DNA from: an uncultured Gemmatimonadales bacterium
Lineage (GTDB): Bacteria > Gemmatimonadota > Gemmatimonadetes > Gemmatimonadales > Gemmatimonadaceae
Direction of reading: 5' to 3'
DNA length: 64,000 nt
NCBI GenBank assembly: GCA_963701965.1
Contig: OY969695.1
Span: 1,888,001 to 1,952,000 of the forward strand
In this document: one piece after another, positions 48,436 to 57,628 of the stretch
Numbering within the stretch: the first letter of the stretch is position 1
How the letters are laid out: each line of letters starts with the position of its first letter
Translations under genes and position numbers: made by a program
Notes under the pieces: generated by a model
The model's database searches: none
The model's input: only the letters and a program-made list of their open reading frames with translations
What the model was told of the DNA's origin: nothing

Positions 48436-50952
48436 TCAGCCGTTGATCGTGTAGTACTTGTCCCGATATCCCTGGAACCGGTACGACCCATCGTACGCTT
48501 CGTCGCGATCGAAGTCTACGTCGTTGAGCACGGCACCGAGGACCGGCGCGCGCACGTGACGGAGTTGTTCCATCGCGAATGACAATGCCTGCGTCGCCGT
48601 CACCCCCGAGCGCGCAATGACGAGCACGCCATCCGCGTGCGCCGAGAGCAGCGCCGCGTCGGTGACAATGTTGATCGGCGGCGAGTCGATGACGATGCGG
48701 TCGTAGTGACCGGGTAGCAGCCCGAGCAGTTCGCGCATCGCCGCGGAGTCGAGGAGCGCCGCGGGTTGCGTCGGCAGCGGACCGGTTGGCAGATAATGCA
48801 GCTCGCCACCGCGTCCGAGCGAGACGGCGCGCACGGCGCCCTCGAGGGACGTCGTGCCGGCCACGACATTGGTCAGGCCGGGCGTCCGCGACGCGCCGAA
48901 TACGCGATTGATGATCCCGCGCCTGAGGTCGGCATCGATCAGCAGCACGCGATGTCCGCGCTGCACGAGCGTCACCGCGAGATTGATCGCGCTCGTGGTC
49001 TTGCCGTCGCCCGAGAGTGGGCTGGTGATGACCATCGTCTTGAGGACGTTGTCGCCGGCCGGCCTGACGAACGCCAGGTTGGTCTGCAGCCGGCTGTACG
49101 CCTCGGCGACCGCGCTCCGCGCGTCGGGTTCGGCCGCCGAGGCGAGACCCCGGCCGTTGCCGTTGTACTCGGCGTCCTGCGCCGCCACCCGCTGGCGTTG
49201 CGAGATGCGCCGCCGGCCGTGCCCGCCCCCGGAGTGCATCGGATCGCCCAGCTCTTGCGAGAACCGGAGCCGCGTCGTCAGGGCATCGCCCGAGATCCGG
49301 GGGATCAACCCGAGGACCGGCTGCCCGGTCGCCGCCAGCACGTCGGCGCGCGTGTGGATCGTATGGTCACGCGAATCGCGCATGAGGGCGAGTCCCAGGC
49401 CGAAGAACAGGCCGATGAACACCGACACGGCGATGTACAACGCGGGCTTGGGCCGGATCGGATCGACCGGGAGGACGGCGGGATCCATGAGCTGCAGGCT
49501 CGGATCATTGACCGCCTGGGCGACCTCCGCTTCCTTGAGGCGCGTCTGCAGCTGCGTGTAGATCGTGTCCAGCACCTTTGGCGTCCGCGCCAGCCGCGCG
49601 TACTCCATCTCCTTGGCCGGTATCTGGTTCATCCGGTGGCTGTATTGCCCGAGCGTGCTGTCCATCGACGCGACCTGCTCCGTCAATCCGTTCAGATACG
49701 TCTGCGCGATGCTCCGCACCTGATCCTCGACCTGGTGCTCGTGATCGGTCAGGGCGATCACCTCCGGATCCTTGGGCGTCCGGCGGCTCAGCAGCGTGGT
49801 GCGCTCGTCGTCGATCAACGAGAGATTGTGCAGCAGCTCCGTCGACGCCTGATTCTTCAACAGGGTCGGAAACGCGATCAGCTGCCGGTACGGCGACGGA
49901 TCATTGGGCTTCATGCGCGCGGCCTGCTCGGTCACCTGCTTCATGAGCGCCTGCAGCGACCGCCGCTCGACGTCGAGGTCCGCGCGGTCCGCCTGCATTT
50001 GGGCGGCATGCTGCACTTGCGTGGTGGCCTCATTGGGGAGACTCACCACGTCGTTCTTTTCCCGAAATGCCTGGAGCGCGCCCTCCGAGTGATCCAACTC
50101 CAGGGACAACGAGTCCAGCTGCTGCCGCAGAATCTTGACCGTGCTCTTGGCCTGGACTTTCTGGACAGCCTGGCGATCCAGAATGAACAGGCTGGTCAGT
50201 ACGTTGGGCACGTCACGCGTCAGCTCGGGGTCCTTCCCGCGATAGGCGACCGAGATGACGTCGGCGTCGCGGACCGGACGCTCGACCTTGAGATGCTTGT
50301 CGAACAGCTGATACGCGTCCTCTCGCGTCTGGAGGAGGATGCGGACCGATCCTACGGTCACCGAGGGCCGCAGCACGGCCGAGATGCCGGGCACGGTCAG
50401 CCGGCCACCGGGCATGACCACACCGAGGGTCTTGTCCGCGCCGTTGGTGACCGTGTATCCGCCGCCCGTGGCCTGCTTCGTCAGCGTGTACACCGCCGAG
50501 TCGGCCAGGGGATCCACGTGGAAGCTCGAAAAGATCGAGCTGCGCAGCACGCGCGCCGGTTTGACGACGGCGCGAATCCCCAGCGAGTCCATCGTCGCTT
50601 CCGCCAACCGCCGGCTGGCCAGCACCGAGACTTCGGTCGCCACCTCGCGGTCGTTGGTGACGCGGTCGAACAGATCCGGGAGATTGCTCTTGGTGTCGAG
50701 GATCCGAACGGCCGCGGTGGACTCGTAGGTCGGCGACATGATGAAGCAGAGCGCCGCCACCATGCCGACGACGAACAGGGTCGCCGCCGCCACCAGCCAC
50801 TTGTGCCGGCGCGCGAGATTCCAGATGCCGTCGACCGACAGCACGTCTTCCTTCTGTTGCCGCGGAGGTGCGGACATCGGGGCCAGCGGCGTCTGGTACG
50901 CCGTGATCCCGGAGCCGTTCGAGCCCTCACGATAGGGCAAAGGATAGGTCAC
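48436..50952 (-). CDS. Wzc-type polysaccharide co-polymerase/BY-kinase
   Basis: Two TMs, coiled coil, ITSPLSGDGKTT, LIDADLR, VIDSPP, C-terminal Tyr cluster. Confidence 0.95.
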   Translation of the reverse strand: MTYPLPYREGSNGSGITAYQTPLAPMSAPPRQQKEDVLSVDGIWNLARRHKWLVAAATLFVVGMVAALCFIMSPTYESTAAVRILDTKSNLPDLFDRVTNDREVATEVSVLASRRLAEATMDSLGIRAVVKPARVLRSSIFSSFHVDPLADSAVYTLTKQATGGGYTVTNGADKTLGVVMPGGRLTVPGISAVLRPSVTVGSVRILLQTREDAYQLFDKHLKVERPVRDADVISVAYRGKDPELTRDVPNVLTSLFILDRQAVQKVQAKSTVKILRQQLDSLSLELDHSEGALQAFREKNDVVSLPNEATTQVQHAAQMQADRADLDVERRSLQALMKQVTEQAARMKPNDPSPYRQLIAFPTLLKNQASTELLHNLSLIDDERTTLLSRRTPKDPEVIALTDHEHQVEDQVRSIAQTYLNGLTEQVASMDSTLGQYSHRMNQIPAKEMEYARLARTPKVLDTIYTQLQTRLKEAEVAQAVNDPSLQLMDPAVLPVDPIRPKPALYIAVSVFIGLFFGLGLALMRDSRDHTIHTRADVLAATGQPVLGLIPRISGDALTTRLRFSQELGDPMHSGGGHGRRRISQRQRVAAQDAEYNGNGRGLASAAEPDARSAVAEAYSRLQTNLAFVRPAGDNVLKTMVITSPLSGDGKTTSAINLAVTLVQRGHRVLLIDADLRRGIINRVFGASRTPGLTNVVAGTTSLEGAVRAVSLGRGGELHYLPTGPLPTQPAALLDSAAMRELLGLLPGHYDRIVIDSPPINIVTDAALLSAHADGVLVIARSGVTATQALSFAMEQLRHVRAPVLGAVLNDVDFDRDEAYDGSYRFQGYRDKYYTING

Positions 50953-50974
50953 TGGGGAGCTGCCTCTCGGTCAG

Positions 50975-51652
50975 TTACTTGACAAACTGAGCCACGATGA
51001 TGGCGGTGGCCGTGATGGCCGCACCGACCACATAGACGCCGTTTCGACTGAACCAACTGCGCTCGGGCACGTAAAGTTCATTGCCCGACCGGATGCTGGT
51101 CTTGCCGATCGGCGTGTCCGTTGCAAAGTCGATTTCGATCTGCTGGCCGTTCCGGCGCAGCGAGAACTTGTTCGGATTGCCATTCGGCAGCGTCCCGCCC
51201 GCCAGGGCGAACGCATCATGGATGGTCATCGTGGGATCGACTGGATAGATACCCGGATGGTTAACGGCCCCGAGCACCGTTACGCGTCTCAGGAACGTCA
51301 CTTCCACCGCCGGATCTCTGAGATACTGCGAGTACTCGGCCACCAGCATCGCATGCAACGAGTCGGCGGTGATCGCGTCGACGTGCGTGGCGCCAATCTT
51401 CGGGAACACCGCCATGCCCCGCTCATCGACGGGGAATTCGCCCGAGAGATCGGGCTCCCGCCAGATGCGCAACCGGATGACATTGCCCGGCCGCAGCATG
51501 CTCTGCCCCAACAACGTGTCCCGCTTCGTGGTAAACGCATCCCGCCCCAACGAATCCCGCCCGACAGCGGCGGGGGTCGGCTGCTGCGCCAGCACCTGGC
51601 CGGCGAACATAAGAAGCAGTGCCGGGAAACATTTATTGATCAACACGATCAC
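50975..51652 (-). CDS. polysaccharide export protein (Wza/SLBB domain)
   Basis: LRPGNVIRL...VDERG..FPKIG, VTVLGAVNHPG.Y, ALAGG; signal peptide. Confidence 0.88.
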   Translation of the reverse strand: MIVLINKCFPALLLMFAGQVLAQQPTPAAVGRDSLGRDAFTTKRDTLLGQSMLRPGNVIRLRIWREPDLSGEFPVDERGMAVFPKIGATHVDAITADSLHAMLVAEYSQYLRDPAVEVTFLRRVTVLGAVNHPGIYPVDPTMTIHDAFALAGGTLPNGNPNKFSLRRNGQQIEIDFATDTPIGKTSIRSGNELYVPERSWFSRNGVYVVGAAITATAIIVAQFVK

Positions 51653-51744
51653 CTTGATGGACGATGGTGCTCAGCCGTGTTCGCAAGACGCGAACCGGAC
51701 GGCCAGGTACGAGGGTGTGAGGGGTTGGTCACTGAGAACTCTGT

Positions 51745-51760
51745 CGCAAGTCTTGCACCT
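51745..51760 (-). promoter_or_regulatory. candidate sigma54 promoter of the EPS operon
   Basis: Minus strand AGGTGCAAGACTTGCG (GG-N10-GC with TTGC); a second candidate CGGTTCGCGTCTTGCG lies at 51682-51697. Confidence 0.45.
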
Positions 51761-51925
51761 AGCCGCTCCGCTCGGTTAGAACATTTCGACGCAGTTAAGT
51801 CGCGACACTTCGCCGTTACGCGCCTTGCTATTGTGTACCGTTCAGCTATCCTCGCAACCGCCAATAAGTTGCGCTGTACGATAGCGACAGGCGTTGCGCG
51901 TCTACCACAGCGCGGCGCGACAATT

Positions 51926-51941
51926 TGTGATCTGCATCACA
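51926..51941. promoter_or_regulatory. CRP-family binding box
   Basis: TGTGA-TCTGCA-TCACA with AATT flank, matching the TGTGA-N6-TCACA consensus. Confidence 0.7.
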
Positions 51942-53349
51942 TCGGGCCGCACGCCAGCCCGGATCGCACGTGGTGCCCCGAGAGTGGCGCGACAAACCGA
52001 TCGGCGGTCGCGGCCCCGGCGCGCGACAGATCACTCAAATCATACAGTTCAGCGAATGCGTTGTTTGAGGTGATAGTCCACTGCAAGCGGCCGGTGGCGT
52101 TGAGGTACCGAACGAGCAACGAGTCCTCTTGCACACCAGCCCCATCGAACGCGTGCGCGACGACGATCCACACGCGCGGCCGTCCACGGAGTGCATCCAG
52201 CTCGCGGAGATAGCCGCGCCAGTCGCCGCGGTGGCAACCGCCGCGCACGACGCCGACGGTATCGGCGCGCGCATAGTAGCTAAACGTCGGAACTGCAGCG
52301 TAGTACACGTAGATGGCGTCGCCGTCGCTCCGCCGCGATGCCATGCCCGCCGCGATGGCCCGGACGTCCTCGCGCCCGGTTGGCAGCAGAACCTCCACGC
52401 TCTGGGCCGCCAGGCACGCGAGCCCCACGAGGAACCCCCACCGACGGGCGGAAAGCCCCGCGACCCCGAGGAGTACCAGGGGCACGAGATACAACAGCAG
52501 CCGCGACGCGAGGGGATACAGACCGCACACGGCCGCGGCGACGGCGACAACGACGGGCGCCAGCGCGAGGGTCCAGTCTCGACGCGCCACCCACATCCCC
52601 ACGGCGGCGACGACGAGCCACACGATCCCCGGTGGCATCCGGAGCAGCTCGTCGAGCCCGCGAACCGGAGCGAACATCGGCCAGAAGCCGACGAGATAGG
52701 CGCGCGTGGCTCCGCTCACGCGCGACTCGGCGAGCCACACGGCCGGGACCGCGCTCGCGGCCCAGAGGAGCACCGCGCGCGGCGCGCGCCACACGAGGGC
52801 CAATCCGCCGAGCACCAGTACGACGGGATAGGAGAACCACACGCACGCCGCGCCGACGACGCCAGCGACGAACTCGCGACGCGCACCGCCAGCGATCGCC
52901 CAGTAGACGAGAACAATCATCGCCACCGCGAGGGCGACGTCCGTGGAGTATGGCTTGGCCTCGGCCGAGTAGTAGACCAACGCGCGATTGACAGCGAAGA
53001 GCCAGACCGCGAGGGCCACGGCGCGATGGTCGGCGAACAGCCGCCGGGCCAGGAGGGCAAACAGTGGGACGGCCGCGATGCCGGCCAGCAATGGGACGAC
53101 CCGTAGGGCGAGCTCGCTCCGGCCAAACGCCGCGACCGCGAGCCGTTGGGCAGCGATGAACCCGACCGGCGCCACCTGCCCGTACGGGAGCGGCCGGCCC
53201 GAGGGGCTGAGGACGCCCAGCGAGAGCATCGCTTCGTCGAGCCAGAGCGGGTGATTGAACAGCCAACCGCCGAGGCGCAGCGCGATGCCCACCGCGATCC
53301 CCAGGGGAACGGCGGCGCGCCGCGACAACGGTCGTATCCAGAGGGTCAA
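51937..53349 (-). CDS. GT-C (PMT/family 39-like) membrane glycosyltransferase
   Basis: PLWLDEA after TM1, ELALR, YYSAEAKPYS, many TMs, periplasmic C-terminal domain. TTG start assumed. Confidence 0.8.
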   Translation of the reverse strand: MTLWIRPLSRRAAVPLGIAVGIALRLGGWLFNHPLWLDEAMLSLGVLSPSGRPLPYGQVAPVGFIAAQRLAVAAFGRSELALRVVPLLAGIAAVPLFALLARRLFADHRAVALAVWLFAVNRALVYYSAEAKPYSTDVALAVAMIVLVYWAIAGGARREFVAGVVGAACVWFSYPVVLVLGGLALVWRAPRAVLLWAASAVPAVWLAESRVSGATRAYLVGFWPMFAPVRGLDELLRMPPGIVWLVVAAVGMWVARRDWTLALAPVVVAVAAAVCGLYPLASRLLLYLVPLVLLGVAGLSARRWGFLVGLACLAAQSVEVLLPTGREDVRAIAAGMASRRSDGDAIYVYYAAVPTFSYYARADTVGVVRGGCHRGDWRGYLRELDALRGRPRVWIVVAHAFDGAGVQEDSLLVRYLNATGRLQWTITSNNAFAELYDLSDLSRAGAATADRFVAPLSGHHVRSGLACGPM

Positions 53350-53366
53350 GCGCCGCGACGCAGCAG

Positions 53367-53999
53367 TCAGGGATGCTGATCGAGTTGCACTGGGGGCGCC
53401 ATGAGGGTGACCGCGCCCCCGGTGATAGTAAAGACCGTGGCGCCGTTGACGACGACGCGGACACGTGAGAGGGCCGGCGCGATGTCGATGTCGTAGCCGC
53501 CGCCGGCCGACGCGCTTTCCACCGCGATGCCCCACGGCTGGACGGTGTACCGGGCGTCGGTCCCGCCAGCCGCCGACACACGGAGCATCGCGCCGGCGCG
53601 ATGGACGCGGATCTCCCCCACCGGCCCGGCGGAGTGGAACTCGACGCGTGCTTCGCGCGCGGTCGGGAAACCATCGATTGGTAGCGCCACGGACGCCGGA
53701 TGCGAGTGTGTCGCTATGGGCCGGGCGATCGGGACGGGCCGCGCCGAGGCGACCAGCGCGACCACGGCGCGGCCAAAGCGGGTCGACGGCACTGCCGCCG
53801 CCAGCGCCGCGGCCCCTACCGTGCCGAGCCCGACGGCCAACCATTGTCTCCGTCGCCGGGCGCCGGCATGCCGTGCCGCGCGAGCGCGGGCTGCGGCTAT
53901 GACCCGCTCGGCCGGCATCGGCGGGGTCTCGTGATCCACCGCGCGGAGCAGCGTTTCCACGGAATCCTCGTCCCGATCGCGCCAGTCGTCAGCGCGCAT
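53367..53999 (-). CDS. putative anti-sigma factor (single TM)
   Basis: Overlaps the ECF stop; short cytoplasmic helix, RRRR plus TM, periplasmic beta-rich domain. Confidence 0.6.
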   Translation of the reverse strand: MRADDWRDRDEDSVETLLRAVDHETPPMPAERVIAAARARAARHAGARRRRQWLAVGLGTVGAAALAAAVPSTRFGRAVVALVASARPVPIARPIATHSHPASVALPIDGFPTAREARVEFHSAGPVGEIRVHRAGAMLRVSAAGGTDARYTVQPWGIAVESASAGGGYDIDIAPALSRVRVVVNGATVFTITGGAVTLMAPPVQLDQHP

Positions 54000-54558
54000 G
54001 GGCGACCCCGACGGCGGCACGGAACGCTGCCCGCGCCCGGGCAAGAAGAGTCCCGACGCTGGTCTCTTCCAGTCCCAACGCGGCGGCCAGCTCGCGATAG
54101 CTCAAGCCCTCTTCCCGGAGCAGCACCAACCGCCGATCCCGCGCGCTCATCCGATCGAGCGCCCGGCGCACATCGACGCCGATGTCTTCGCTGAGCAGAC
54201 GCTGGTCGGGCTCGGGGGCCGGATCCCCCATGGTATGCTCGGGCGCCCGGCGCCCCACGAGCCGCGCGCGGCGCGTGCTCTTCCGGTGCTCGTCGCGCAC
54301 GAGATTGTTCGCGACCGTCGCCAACCAGGCACGCACATCCTCCGGCAGACTCCCCCGCTCGTACAGGCGGATGAAGGTCTCCTGGGCCACATCGGACGCG
54401 AGCGCGGCGTCCCCGGTGCACCGGTCGACGTACCGGAACACCCAGGCAAACTCGCGCGAGAACTCGCGCCGAAACCACGCGTCGAACGACAACAGCCTCT
54501 CTGGTGGGGAACGCCCGCCGCTGGCGCTTGTGACAGGCGCGCGCACCGGCTCCGTCAC
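53989..54558 (-). CDS. ECF sigma factor
   Basis: ASDVAQETFIRL, WLATVANNL, EGLSYRELA...SVGTLLARAR; GTGA overlap with the receptor stop. Confidence 0.93.
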   Translation of the reverse strand: MTEPVRAPVTSASGGRSPPERLLSFDAWFRREFSREFAWVFRYVDRCTGDAALASDVAQETFIRLYERGSLPEDVRAWLATVANNLVRDEHRKSTRRARLVGRRAPEHTMGDPAPEPDQRLLSEDIGVDVRRALDRMSARDRRLVLLREEGLSYRELAAALGLEETSVGTLLARARAAFRAAVGVAHAR

Positions 54559-56780
54559 AGGGACCACCCCAGGCTGGCGACAACGGCGCGGGCGGGAAGC
54601 AGGAGCGGCTGGAGCGCCGCGCCGTCGCCCGGCACGACCATCGCGCCGGCAGGGTTGGGATGATTGAGCACGTCCGTCACGCGCACGCGCGCCGTGAGCT
54701 CGGCGCCAAAGCCAAAGAGGCGCGGCCGAAAGCGCTCCGTCACTCCGAGATCCAGCCGCTCGTAGGCGGGCAGTCGTTCTCCGTCCAAGGTCCCGACGAT
54801 CCGATCCGGCGTGCCTTCCAGGTCGCCCGCGCCGCCGAGCGGCGCGACCGACGTCCATTGGATGTCGTTCGCCAGGATGCTCGTCGGTCGCGGACTGGCG
54901 AACCACAGGGCGGCGTCGAGCGTCGTGCCGCGCCACACCCGGTAGGCGATGCCGGTCGTCGCCGAGCGGGGAGTCTCGAAGGACGGCGTGTATCGCACGC
55001 CCCCGGCTTCCCGGTCGGCTCCGCTCAGGGCGTAGGCAATCTGCGCCCGCAACCGGTCGCCCCACCGGTACTCCAGGTGTCCGACCACGCCCGATGCCGT
55101 GCCGGTCCCACGATCGAACGTCGTGGCGAATGGCAGGGCGGTGACGGGCGCCACCAGCGCCAGCCCGTCCATGCGCCGCGCGTAGCCGTCGACCACGAAG
55201 GTGAGCCGCGAGCCGATATGGTGCTCGACCGACGCCGTGAGTTGATCCGCCCGGGCCACGGGAACGCCGCCGCGGCTGGCGGCCATCGGCAACGACAGCG
55301 GGACCACGGCATCGAGGACCGATTCCCCATTGGCCAACGATTGCACGACCTGCGCCGTGCGCGCGGCTCCGAGGGCCAGCGTCGTCGATGACGTGAGCGC
55401 GTAGCGGAGCGACACGCGCGGCTCGAGTGTCGCCGCCACGCCGGGCACGACCTCGGCACGGGTGCCGGCCGTCACGTTGAGGCGGTGCCACAGTGTCCAT
55501 CGGCCTTCGATAAAGGTCGCCAGCGTTACCGGCGCCGCCGCCAGGACGAGCACCGGCGCGTCGGGGCTCGCCACGCGGTACGCCGTGGCCGACCGATCCA
55601 CACTGGCGCCGAGCGTCCAGGCGCCGTCCTGCACCTCGCCCGAGGCGCCGAGGTCGTGCAACGCATTCTCGAGCGCCACGCCGGACCATCCGATGCGGGT
55701 GGTCGCCTCGGCGCTCCACGCCCGCATCGTCACCCGCGCCGCTCCAATGCCGGCCCGCCAGATGAGGCCCGTGCTGGCGGCGCCCCAGCGAAAGGCGTTG
55801 CTCGGCCCGGTTTCGGGCACGCCGACACTGTCCGTGTTGGCGTCGAAGCGCACATGGTCGCGCGTCCCGAACGCCAACATCTCGAGGGTCCCCAGCGGCA
55901 GCGCGACCGTAAGCTTGCCGACCGCATCGCCGAATCCCCGCGCGTTGTCGCCGTCATCGATGTCGCGGAACATGAGCGCCCCGGTGCTCTGGCGTAGCTC
56001 GCCCACGAACGTCGCCCCACCCCCTGGCAACGACGCGGCGACGGACTCCCGGATCGCGTTCATGTCCAGCGCCCCCTGCGTCGCGACCGAACCCTCGGGG
56101 ACCTGGCGGCTCTCCATGAGGACGGTCGCGGCCAGTGCGCCGCCGTACCGCGCGGGGGGCACGCCGGCTTCCACCGTCACCCCTTCCACGAACTCCGCGG
56201 GCACGGCACTGAGCACGCCGTTGGCGTGGTACGGCGCATACACCGGGACGCCGTCGAGGAGCACCAGCGTCTCGTCGGCGTCTCCGCCGCGGACGTGGAG
56301 CGCCGTGCCGACATCGGGCAGCGCGGCCACATCACCCGACGCCGCGGTGACGCCCAGGGGATCGGGGGTCACGCCGAATGGCGAATGCTCGATGTCGGCT
56401 ATCGAATAGGATCGGGCGCCGACGTCGCGCATCGCGCTGCCCCCGGTTACGACGTCGCCATCGCGGCCGGTCACGACGATGGCTGGCAGATGCCGCGGCT
56501 GCGGCACCAATGCGACATCGAGCGCCAGCGAGGACGCCGATCCTCTGGCGACATCGACATCCGCCACTTCATACCCGGGTGCCGAGACGTGCAGATGACA
56601 CGGGTCGCAGGGGAGCTGCGACAGGGTGTACACGCCGTGGGCGTCCGACACCGTCGACACGCGGGTGCCGGCGACCTCGACCGTAGCCCCGACAACCGGC
56701 AGGCTGGCATCGGCACGCCACACGACGCCGTGTACGGACCACCCGAGGAGGGCCGGGACGAAGAGTTGGCCGAGAATCAC
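54555..56780 (-). CDS. TonB-dependent receptor with N-terminal carboxypeptidase-regulatory-like domain
   Basis: VVGATV...SDAHGVY; plug HVRGG...LVLLDGVPVY, PARYGGAL; EPRVSL, RLPAYERLD; C-terminal LGWSL. Confidence 0.85.
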   Translation of the reverse strand: MILGQLFVPALLGWSVHGVVWRADASLPVVGATVEVAGTRVSTVSDAHGVYTLSQLPCDPCHLHVSAPGYEVADVDVARGSASSLALDVALVPQPRHLPAIVVTGRDGDVVTGGSAMRDVGARSYSIADIEHSPFGVTPDPLGVTAASGDVAALPDVGTALHVRGGDADETLVLLDGVPVYAPYHANGVLSAVPAEFVEGVTVEAGVPPARYGGALAATVLMESRQVPEGSVATQGALDMNAIRESVAASLPGGGATFVGELRQSTGALMFRDIDDGDNARGFGDAVGKLTVALPLGTLEMLAFGTRDHVRFDANTDSVGVPETGPSNAFRWGAASTGLIWRAGIGAARVTMRAWSAEATTRIGWSGVALENALHDLGASGEVQDGAWTLGASVDRSATAYRVASPDAPVLVLAAAPVTLATFIEGRWTLWHRLNVTAGTRAEVVPGVAATLEPRVSLRYALTSSTTLALGAARTAQVVQSLANGESVLDAVVPLSLPMAASRGGVPVARADQLTASVEHHIGSRLTFVVDGYARRMDGLALVAPVTALPFATTFDRGTGTASGVVGHLEYRWGDRLRAQIAYALSGADREAGGVRYTPSFETPRSATTGIAYRVWRGTTLDAALWFASPRPTSILANDIQWTSVAPLGGAGDLEGTPDRIVGTLDGERLPAYERLDLGVTERFRPRLFGFGAELTARVRVTDVLNHPNPAGAMVVPGDGAALQPLLLPARAVVASLGWSL

Positions 56781-56870
56781 CGTGTCATTTTCCCGCGTCC
56801 AGACGCGTTCCCCCCTGATGAGGCGGCATCATAGCGGGTTATCCTGACTCCTGCATTACACGCGCGACAC

Positions 56871-57566
56871 GTGTCACGCTCGTCAGCCAATGGCGTCCGC
56901 AGCCGTATCCTGATCGCGCACTCCGATCCGGCGGTCATCGCGGATATCGCCTTTCACCTGGCGCAGGCCGGGTATGGCGTCTCCACAGCCGTTTCGGGAC
57001 CTGATGCGATCGAACAGGGATCGCGCGAATCGCCCGCCCTGGTACTCCTGGGGACGGCGCTGGCCGACCTGTCAGGGTACGCCACGCTGCGGCGACTCCG
57101 CCGGCACCCGGTCAGCCGCGGTATTCCGGTCATCGTGTTGGGCACCGGCGGAGAGCAGTCCGACGCCGAGCGGGCGTTCGCGCACGGCGCCGACGACTTC
57201 TTTCCCCTCGAACCGTTCCGGGGCCGGGAGCTGGTGTTTCGGGTGCGCGCCATTCTGCGGCGTGTGCGCGCGCCGGCCACGACATCGGAGAGCAAAGTGT
57301 TGGAGATCGGGACCTTTCGACTGGACTATCCGACCCGTCGGGCGAGCATCGACGGCCGGGAAGTGGATCTCACGCCCGTGGAGACGGCGCTGCTGCTGCA
57401 GCTCGCCGAGAGCGCGACTGTCGTCAAGCCGACGCGCGAACAGCGCCGCCGCATGAAGATCGCGGTGTCCCGCTTGCGGGCGAAGCTGGGACCGGGATGC
57501 GATATCATCGAGACCGTGCGCGGCTCGGGCTACCGACTCCGAATTCCGCCGGCGACGACGGGTTAG
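56871..57566 (+). CDS. OmpR-family response regulator with atypical receiver
   Basis: GADDF, ELVFRVRAILRR, LTPVE, RLRAKLG, IETVRGSGYR; phospho-site residues substituted. Confidence 0.85.
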   Translation: MSRSSANGVRSRILIAHSDPAVIADIAFHLAQAGYGVSTAVSGPDAIEQGSRESPALVLLGTALADLSGYATLRRLRRHPVSRGIPVIVLGTGGEQSDAERAFAHGADDFFPLEPFRGRELVFRVRAILRRVRAPATTSESKVLEIGTFRLDYPTRRASIDGREVDLTPVETALLLQLAESATVVKPTREQRRRMKIAVSRLRAKLGPGCDIIETVRGSGYRLRIPPATTG

Positions 57567-57628
57567 GTTCCGCTCGCCGGACACCACCACATCCGTAGAT
57601 CCACCCCATCCCTCGCACGGAGTATCGC

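Noticed and set aside
51851..51862. ops/JUMPstart element (minus strand GGCGGTTGCGAG)
   Set aside because: Two mismatches to GGCGGTAGnnTG and located upstream of the candidate promoters, so probably not transcribed.
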